This document shows, piece after piece, positions 1 through 9,000 of a stretch of 64,000 nt of DNA. The translations under genes and the position numbers were made by a program. This DNA comes from Auanema rhodensis (taxonomy: Eukaryota; Animalia; Nematoda), in contig OZ059898.1 of NCBI GenBank assembly GCA_964057225.1, positions 18,352,001-18,416,000 on the forward strand, read 5' to 3'. The notes beneath the pieces are model-generated. The model did not search any database, was not told the origin of the DNA, and was given only the letters and a program-made list of their open reading frames with translations. The stretch's first letter is position 1, and every line of letters starts with the position of its first letter.

Positions 1-99
1 GACGCAGCTTAAAAATCCGCATCGAATGCACTATACTACATTGAGAAACGCTTAATACAAAAATTAGTTATGATCGTTTGACTAATGATGCACTAGTGT

Positions 100-376
100 A
101 TGTTGAGTTTCCATGTACACTCAACATTGCTTCCAAAAACATTTTGACAAAAATTTTTTCGAAAAATTTCAGAATAATTTAGCAAAAAGTAGATGTTTTT
201 AGATTTCTTTTTTCAAGGCAAAGACGATAGACAATGTTATTCAACAAAAAAATTAATTCTTCAGGGTGAAAATCGAGGATATAAGTGTGAACTTATATCA
301 GTTGATATCTCGGTGCATTTTTAAGCTAGCGCAAATCTGATAACACAGATCGACGCAGCTTAAAAATCCGCATCAA
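100..376. repeat. Short inverted repeats (dyad symmetries) within each monomer, shown for copy 1
   Basis: ATGTTGAGT(100-108)/ACTCAACAT(119-127); TTTTTCGAAAAA(155-166); AAAAACAT(135-142)/ATGTTTTT(193-200); GATATAAGT(278-286)/ACTTATATC(291-299); ATATCA(295-300)/TGATAT(303-308); ATTTTTAAGCT(317-327)/AGCTTAAAAAT(357-367) enclosing ATCTG(335-339)/CAGAT(346-350). Confidence 0.9.
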
Positions 377-1053
377 ATGCACTATACTACATTGAGAAAC
401 GCTTAATACAAAAATTAGTTATGATTGTTCGAAAAATGATGCATTAGTGTATGTTGAGTTTCCATGTTCACTCAACATTGCTTCCAAAAACATTTTGACA
501 AAAATTTTTTCGAAAAATTTCAGAATAATTTAGCAAAAAGTAGATGTTTTTAGATTCCTTTTTTCAAGGCAAAGACGATGGACAATGTTATTCAACGAAA
601 AAAATAATTCTTCAGGGTGAAAATCGAGGATATAAGTGTGAACTTATATCAGTTGATATCTCGGTGCATTTTTAAGCTAGCGCAAATCTGATAACACAGA
701 TCGACGCAGCTTAAAAATCCGCATCGAATGCACTATACTACATTGAGAAACGCTTAATACAAAAATTAGTTATGATCGTTTGAAAAATGATGCATTAGTG
801 TATGTTGAGTTTCCATGTACACTCAACATTGCTTCCAAAAACATTTTGACAAAAATTTTTTCGAAAAATTTCAAAATAATTTAGCAAAAAGTAGATGTTT
901 TTAGATTCCTTTTTTCAAGGCAAAGACGATGGACAATGTTATTCAACGAAAAAATTAATTCTTCAGGGTGAAAATCGAGGATATAAGTGTGAACTTATAT
1001 CAGTTGATATCTCGGTGCATTTTTAAGCTAGCGCGAATCTGATAACACAGATC

Positions 1054-1280
1054 GACGCAGCTTAAAAATCCGCATCAAATGCACTATACTACATTGAGAA
1101 ACGCTTAATACAAAAATTAGTTATGATTGTTCGAAAAATGATGCATTAGTGTATGTTGAGTTTCCATGTTCACTCAACATTGCTTCCAAAAACATTTTGA
1201 CAAAAATTTTTTCGAAAAATTTCAAAATAATTTAGCAAAAAGTAGATGTTTTTAGATTCCGCATCGAATGCACTATACTA
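1054..1280 (+). other. Shortened unit: 162-bp deletion (equivalently a 189-bp duplication) joined at TCC microhomology, junction 1260/1261
   Basis: TTTAGATTCC|GCATCGAATG joins monomer position 207 to position 19. Monomer starts 1054 and 1594 are 540 bp apart (702-162). Confidence 0.93.
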
Positions 1281-1890
1281 CATTGAGAAACGCTTAATAC
1301 AAAAATTAGTTATGATCGTTTGAAAAATGATGCATTAGTGTATGTTGAGTTTCCATGTACACTCAACATTGCTTCCAAAAACATTTTGACAAAAATTTTT
1401 TCGAAAAATTTCAAAATAATTTAGCAAAAAGTAGATGTTTTTAGATTCCTTTTTTCAAGGCAAAGACGATGGACAATGTTATTCAACGAAAAAATTAATT
1501 CTTCAGGGTGAAAATCGAGGATATAAGTGTGAACTTATATCAGTTGATATCTCGGTGCATTTTTAAGCTAGCGCAAATCTGATAACACAGATCGACGCAG
1601 CTTAAAAATCCGCATCAAATGCACTATACTACATTGAGAAACGCTTAATACAAAAATTAGTTATGATTGTTCGAAAAATGATGCATTAGTGTATGTTGAG
1701 TTTCCATGTTCACTCAACATTGCTTCCAAAAACATTTTGACAAAAATTTTTTCGAAAAATTTCAAAATAATTTAGCAAAAAGTAGATGTTTTTAGATTCC
1801 TTTTTTCAAGGCAAAGACGATGGACAATGTTATTCAACAAAAAAATTAATTCTTCAGGGTGAAAATCGAGGATATAAGTGTGAACTTATA

Positions 1891-1906
1891 AATTAGTGTA
1901 TGAAAA
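1891..1906 (+). other. Rearrangement scar: 145-bp deletion replaced by the 16-nt insertion AATTAGTGTATGAAAA (net -129 bp)
   Basis: GAACTTATA|AATTAGTGTATGAAAA|ATTAGTGTATGTTG joins monomer position 297 to position 92. Monomer starts 1594 and 2167 are 573 bp apart (702-129). Confidence 0.93.
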
Positions 1907-4900
1907 ATTAGTGTATGTTGAGTTTCCATGTACACTCAACATTGCTTCCAAAAACATTTTGACAAAAATTTTTTCGAAACATTTCAAAATAATTTAGCAA
2001 AAAGTAGATGTTTTTAGATTCCTTTTTTCAAGGCAAAGACGATGGACAATGTTATTCAACGAAAAAAATAATTCTTCAGGGTGAAAATCGAGGATATAAG
2101 TGTGAACTTATATCAGTTGATATCTCGGTGCATTTTTAGGCTAGCGCAAATCTGATAACACAGATCGACGCAGCTTAAAAATCCGCATCGAATGCACTAT
2201 ACTACATTGAGAAACGCTTAATACAAAAATTAGTTATGATCGTTTGACTAATGATGCACTAGTGTATGTTGAGTTTCCATGTACACTCAACATTGCTTCC
2301 AAAAACATTTTGACAAAAATTTTTTCGAAAAATTTCAGAATAATTTAGCAAAAAGTAGATGTTTTTAGATTTCTTTTTTCAAGGCAAAGACGATAGACAA
2401 TGTTATTCAACAAAAAAATTAATTCTTCAGGGTGAAAATCGAGGATATAAGTGTGAACTTATATCAGTTGATGTCTCGGTGCATTTTTAAGCTAGCGCAA
2501 ATCTGATAACACAGATCGACGCAGCTTAAAAATCCGCATCAAATGCACTATACTACATTGAGAAACGCTTAATACAAAAATTAGTTATGATTGTTCGAAA
2601 AATGATGCATTAGTGTATGTTGAGTTTCCATGTACACTCAACATTGCTTCCAAAAACATTTTGACAAAAATTTTTTCGAAAAATTTCAAAATAATTTAGC
2701 AAAAAGTAGATGTTTTTAGATTCCTTTTTTCAAGGCAAAGACGATGGACAATGTTATTCAACAAAAAAATTATTTCTTCAGGGTGAAAATCGAGGATGTA
2801 AGTGTGAACATATATCAGTTGATGTCTCGGTGCATTTTTAAGCTAGCGCAAATCTGATAACACAGATCGACGCAGCTTAAAAATCCGCATCGAATGCACT
2901 ATACTACATTGAGAAACGCTTAATACAAAAATTAGTTATGATCGTTTGAAAAATGATGCATTAGTGTATGTTGAGTTTCCATGTACACTCAACATTGCTT
3001 CCAAAAACATTTTGACAAAAATTTTTTCGAAAAATTTCAAAATAATTTAGCAAAAAGTAGATGTTTTTAGATTCCTTTTTTCAAGGCAAAGACGATGGAC
3101 AATGTTATTCAACGAAAAAAATAATTCTTCAGGGTGAAAATCGAGGATATAAGTGTGAACTTATATCAGTTGATATCTCGGTGCATTTTTAAGCTAGCGC
3201 AAATCTGATAACACAGATCGACGCAGCTTAAAAATCCGCATCGAATGCACTATACTACATTGAGAAACGCTTAATACAAAAATTAGTTATGATCGTTTGA
3301 AAAATGATGCATTAGTGTATGTTGAGTTTCCATGTACACTCAACATTGCTTCCAAAAACATTTTGACAAAAATTTTTTCGAAAAATTTCAAAATAATTTA
3401 GCAAAAAGTAGATGTTTTTAGATTCCTTTTTTCAAGGCAAACACGATGGACAATGTTGTTCAACGAAAAAATTATTTCTTCAGGGTGAAAATCGAGGATA
3501 TAAGTGTGAACTTATATCAGTTGATGTCTCGGTGCACTTTTAAGCTAGCGCAAATCTGATAACACAGATCGACGCAGCTTAAAAATCCGCATCGAATGCA
3601 CTATACTACATTGAGAAACGCTTAATACAAAAATTAGTTATGATTGTTCGAAAAATGATGCATTAGTGTATGTTGAGTTTCCATGTTCACTCAACATTGC
3701 TTCCAAAAACATTTTGACAAAAATTTTTTCAAAAAATTTCAAAATAATTTAGCAAAAAGTAAATGTTTTTAGATTCCTTTTTTCAAGGCAAAGACGATGG
3801 ACAATGTTATTCAACGAAAAAATTAATTCTTCAGGGTGAAAATCGAGGATATAAGTGTGAACTTATATCAGTTGATATCTCGGTGCATTTTTAAGCTAGC
3901 GCAAATCTGATAACACAGATCGACGCAGCTTAAAAATCCGCATCAAATGCATTATACTACATTGAGAAACGCTTAATACAAAAATTAGTTATGATTGTTC
4001 CAAAAATGATGCATTAGTGTATGTTGAGTTTCCATGTACACTCAACATTGCTTCCAAAAACATTTTGACAAAAATTTTTTCGAACAATTTCAAAATAATT
4101 TAGCAAAAAGTAGATGTTTTTAGATTCCTTTTTTCAAGGCAAAGACGATGGACAATGTTATTCAACGAAAAAATTAATTCTTCAGGGTGAAAATCGAGGA
4201 TATAAGTGTGAACTTATATCAGTTGATATCTCGGTGCATTTTTAAGCTAGCGCAAATCTGATAACACAGATCGACGCAGCTTAAAAATCCGCATCAAATG
4301 CACTATACTACATTGAGAAACGCTTAATACAAAAATTAGTTATGATCGTTTGAAAAATGGTGCATTAGCGTATGTTGAGTTTCCATGTACACTCAACATT
4401 GCTTCCAAAAACATTTTGACAAAAATTTTTTCGAAAAATTTCAGAATAATTTAGCAAAAAGTAGATGTTTTTAGATTCCTTTTTTCAAGGCAAAGACGAT
4501 GGACAATGTTATTCAACGAAAAAAATAATTCTTCAGGGTGAAAATCGAGGATATAAGTGTGAACTTATATCAGTTGATATCTCGGTGCATTTTTAAGCTA
4601 GCGCAAATCTGATAACACAGATCGACGCAGCTTAAAAATCCGCATCGAATGCACTATACTACATTGAGAAACGCTTAATACAAAAATTAGTTATGATCGT
4701 TTGAAAAATGATGCATTAGTGTATGTTGAGTTTCCATGTACACTCAACATTGCTTCCAAAAACATTTTGACAAAAATTTTTTCGAAAAATTTCAAAATAA
4801 TTTAGCAAAAAGTAGATGTTTTTAGATTCCTTTTTTCAAGGCAAAGACGATGGACAATGTTATTCAAGGAAAAATTTAAATCTTCAGGGTGAAAATCGAG

Positions 4901-5102
4901 GATATAAGTGTGAACTTATATCAGTTGATATCTCGGTGCATTTTTAAGCTAGCGCAAATCTGATAACACAGATCGACGCAGCTTAAAAATCCGCATCGAA
5001 TGCACTATACTACATTGAGAAACGCTTAATACAAAAATTAGTTATGATCGTTTGAAAAATGATGCATTAGTGTATGTTGAGTTTCCATGTACACTCAACA
5101 TT

Positions 5103-5135
5103 GCTTAAAGCTTAAAAATGCTAGCTTAAAAATGC
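5103..5135. other. Array inversion breakpoint with a 13-nt locally templated insertion (5107-5119)
   Basis: The sequence reads …CATT-GCTTAAA-GCTTAAAAATGC-TA-GCTTAAAAATGC-ACCGA…. The forward monomer stops at GCTT (5106) and the reverse monomer starts at 5120. AGCTTAAAAATGC is present at both 5109-5121 and 5123-5135. Confidence 0.93.
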
Positions 5136-6060
5136 ACCGAGATATCAACTGATATAAGTTCACACTTATATCCTCGATTTTCACCCTGAAGAATTAATTT
5201 TTTCGTTGAATAACATTGTCCATCGTCTTTGCCTTGAAAAAAGGAATCTAAAAACATCTACTTTTTGCTAAATTATTTTGAAATTGTTCGAAAAAATTTT
5301 TGTCAAAATGTTTTTGGAAGCAATGTTGAGTGAACATGGAAACTCAACATACACTAATGCATCATTTTTCGAACAATCATAACTAATTTTTGTATTAAGC
5401 GTTTCTCAATGTAGTATAGTGCATTTGATGCGGATTTTTAAGCTGCGTCGATCTGTGTTATCAGATTTGCGCTAGCTTAAAAATGCACCGAGATATCAAC
5501 TGATATAAGTTCACACTTATATCCTCGATTTTCACCCTGAAGAATTAATTTTTTTGTTGAATAACATTGTCTATCGTCTTTGCCTTGAAAAAAGGAATCT
5601 AAAAACATCTACTTTTTGCTAAATTATTTTGAAATTTTTCGAAAAAATTTTTGTCAAAATGTTTTTGGAAGCAATGTTGAGTGAACATGGAAACTCAACA
5701 TACACTAATGCATCATTTTTCGAACAATCATAACTAATTTTTGTATTAAGCGTTTCTCAATGTAGTATAGTGCATTTGATGCGGATTTTTAATCTGCGTC
5801 GATCTGTGTTATCAGATTTGCGCTAGCTTAAAAATGCACCGAGATATCAACTGATATAAGTTCACACTTATATCCTCGATTTTCACCCTGAAGAATTATT
5901 TTTTTCGTTGAATAACATTGTCCATCGTCTTTGCCTTGAAAAAAGGAATCTAAAAACATCTACTTTTTGCTAAATTATTTTGAAATTTTTCGAAAAAATT
6001 TTTGTCAAAATGTTTTTGGAAGCAATGTTGAGTGTACATGGAAACTCAACATACACTAAT

Positions 6061-6076
6061 TTTTCATACACTAATT
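6061..6076 (-). other. Second copy of the same scar, in reverse complement
   Basis: CATACACTAAT|TTTTCATACACTAATT|TATAAGTTC is the exact reverse complement of the 1882-1917 junction. Monomer starts 5822 and 6395 are 573 bp apart. Confidence 0.93.
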
Positions 6077-9000
6077 TATAAGTTCACACTTATATCCTCG
6101 ATTTTCACCCTGAAGAATTAATTTTTTTGTTGAATAACATTGTCCATCGTCTTTGCCTTGAAAAAAGGAATCTAAAAACATCTACTTTTTGCTAAATTAT
6201 TTTGAAATTTTTCGAAAAAATTTTTGTCAAAATGTTTTTGGAAGCAATGTTGAGTGAACATGGAAACTCAACATACACTAATGCATCATTTTTCGAACAA
6301 TCATAACTAATTTTTGTATTAAGCGTTTCTCAATGTAGTATAGTGCATTTGATGCGGATTTTTAAGCTGCGTCGATCTGTGTTATCAGATTTGCGCTAGC
6401 TTAAAAATGCACCGAGATATCAACTGATATAAGTTCACACTTATATCCTCGATTTTCACCCTGAAGAATTAATTTTTTCGTTGAATAACATTGTCCATCG
6501 TCTTTGCCTTGAAAAAAGGAATCTAAAAACATCTACTTTTTGCTAAATTATTTTGAAATTTTTCGAAAAAATTTTTGTCAAAATGTTTTTGGAAGCAATG
6601 TTGAGTGTACATGGAAACTCAACATACACTAATGCATCATTTTTCAAACGATCATAACTAATTTTTGTATTAAGCGTTTCTCAATGTAGTATAGTGCATT
6701 CGATGCGGATTTTTAAGCTGCGTCGATCTGTGTTATCAGATTTGCGCTAGCTTAAAAATGCACCGAGATATCAACTGATATAAGTTCACACTTATATCCT
6801 CGATTTTCACCCTGAAGAATTAATTTTTTCGTTGAATAACATTGTCCATCGTCTTTGCCTTGAAAAAAGGAATCTAAAAACATCTACTTTTTGCTAAATT
6901 ATTTTGAAATTTTTCGAAAAAATTTTTGTCAAAATGTTTTTGGAAGCAATGTTGAGTGTACATGGAAACTCAACATACACTAATGCATCATTTTTCAAAC
7001 GATCATAACTAATTTTTGTATTAAGCGTTTCTCAATGTAATATAGTGCATTCGATGCGGATTTTTAAGCTGCGTCGATCTGTGTTATCAGATTTGCGCTA
7101 GCTTAAAAATGCACCGAGATATCAACTGATATAAGTTCACACTTATATCCTCGATTTTCACCCTGAAGAATTAATTTTTTCGTTGAATAACATTGTCCAT
7201 CGTCTTTGCCTTGAAAAAAGGAATCTAAAAACATCTACTTTTTGCTAAATTATTTTGAAATTTTTCGAAAAAATTTTTGTCAAAATGTTTTTGGAAGCAT
7301 TGTTGAGTGAACATGGAAACTCAACATACACTAATGCATCATTTTTCGAACAATCATAACTAATTTTTGTATTAAGCGTTTCTCAATGTAGTATAGTGCA
7401 TTTGATGCGGATTTTTAAGCTGCGTCGATCTGTGTTATCAGATTTGCGCTAGCTTAAAAATGCACCGAGATATCAACTGATATAAGTTCACACTTATATC
7501 CTCGATTTTCACCCTGAAGAATTAATTTTTTCGTTGAATAACATTGTCCATCGTCTTTGCCTTGAAAAAAGGAATCTAAAAACATCTACTTTTTGCTAAA
7601 TTATTTTGAAATTTTTCGAAAAAATTTTTGTCAAAATGTTTTTGGAAGCAATGTTGAGTGTACATGGAAACTCAACATACACTAATGCATCATTTTTCAA
7701 ACGATCATAACTAATTTTTGTATTAAGCGTTTCTCAATGTAATATAGTGCATTCGATGCGGATTTTTAAGCTGCGTCGATCTGTGTTATCAGATTTGCGC
7801 TAGCTTAAAAATGCACCGAGATATCAACTGATATAAGTTCACACTTATATCCTCGATTTTCACCCTGAAGAATTAATTTTTTCGTTGAATAACATTGTCC
7901 ATCGTCTTTGCCTTGAAAAAAGGAATCTAAAAACATCTACTTTTTGCTAAATTATTTTGAAATTTTTCGAAAAAATTTTTGTCAAAATGTTTTTGGAAGC
8001 ATTGTTGAGTGAACATGGAAACTCAACATACACTAATGCATCATTTTTCGAACAATCATAACTAATTTTTGTATTAAGCGTTTCTCAATGTAGTATAGTG
8101 CATTTGATGCGGATTTTTAAGCTGCGTCGATCTGTGTTATCAGATTTGCGCTAGCTTAAAAGTGCACCGAGATATCAACTGATATAAGTTCACACTTATA
8201 TCCTCGATTTTCACCCTGAAGAATTAATTTTTTCGTTGAATAACATTGTCCATCGTCTTTGCCTTGAAAAAAGGAATCTAAAAACATCTACTTTTTGCTA
8301 AATTATTTTGAAATTTTTCGAAAAAATTTTTGTCAAAATGTTTTTGGAAGCAATGTTGAGTGTACATGGAAACTCAACATACACTAATGCATCATTTTTC
8401 AAACGATCATAACTAATTTTTGTATTAAGCGTTTCTCAATGTAGTATAGTGCATTCGATGCGGATTTTTAAGCTGCGTCGATCTGTGTTATCAGATTTGC
8501 GCTAGCTTAAAAATGCACCGAGATATCAACTGATATAAGTTCACACTTATATCCTCGATTTTCACCCTGAAGAATTATTTTTTTCGTTGAATAACATTGT
8601 CCATCGTCTTTGCCTTGAAAAAAGGAATCTAAAAACATCTACTTTTTGCTAAATTATTTTGAAATTTTTCGAAAAAATTTTTGTCAAAATGTTTTTGGAA
8701 GCAATGTTGAGTGAACATGGAAACTCAACATACACTAATGCATCATTTTTCGAACAATCATAACTAATTTTTGTATTAAGCGTTTCTCAATGTAGTATAG
8801 TGCATTTGATGCGGATTTTTAAGCTGCGTCGATCTGTGTTATCAGATTTGCGCTAGCTTAAAAATGCACCGAGATATCAACTGATATAAGTTCACACTTA
8901 TATCCTCGATTTTCACCCTGAAGAATTAATTTTTTCGTTGAATAACATTGTCCATCGTCTTTGCCTTGAAAAAAGGAATCTAAAAACATCTACTTTTTGC

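Larger units (their letters stand above)
1..5106 (+). repeat. 351-bp AT-rich tandem satellite, left arm (orientation arbitrarily called +), about 15 monomers including two shortened ones
   Basis: GACGCAGCTTAAAAATCCGC recurs at 1, 352, 703, 1054, 1594, 2167, 2518 ... 4975. The spacing is 351 bp except across two rearrangements. The arm ends at monomer position 132 (…CAACATTGCTT, 5106). Confidence 0.99.

Noticed and set aside
135-215. Helically phased A-tracts (bent DNA)
   Set aside because: Tracts are abundant, but their starts (135, 142, 149, 154, 162, 171, 185, 196, 208) do not show a clean 10-11 bp period by eye. A curvature calculation would be needed.
1-351. Tandem 5S rRNA, tRNA, snRNA or spliced-leader gene unit
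   Set aside because: I recognise no conserved sequence, cloverleaf or Pol III box arrangement. A covariance-model (Rfam) search would be the formal test.
5191-5207. CENP-B box-like TTTCGTTGAA in each monomer
   Set aside because: It matches only the TTCG....A half of NTTCGNNNNANNCGGGN; the essential CGGG is absent.
4900-5300. Inversion as a fold-back read artefact
   Set aside because: The arms are not mirror images: they break at different monomer positions, the scar distances differ, and each has private SNPs. The junction also has a structured insertion. Read support is still needed to exclude it fully.
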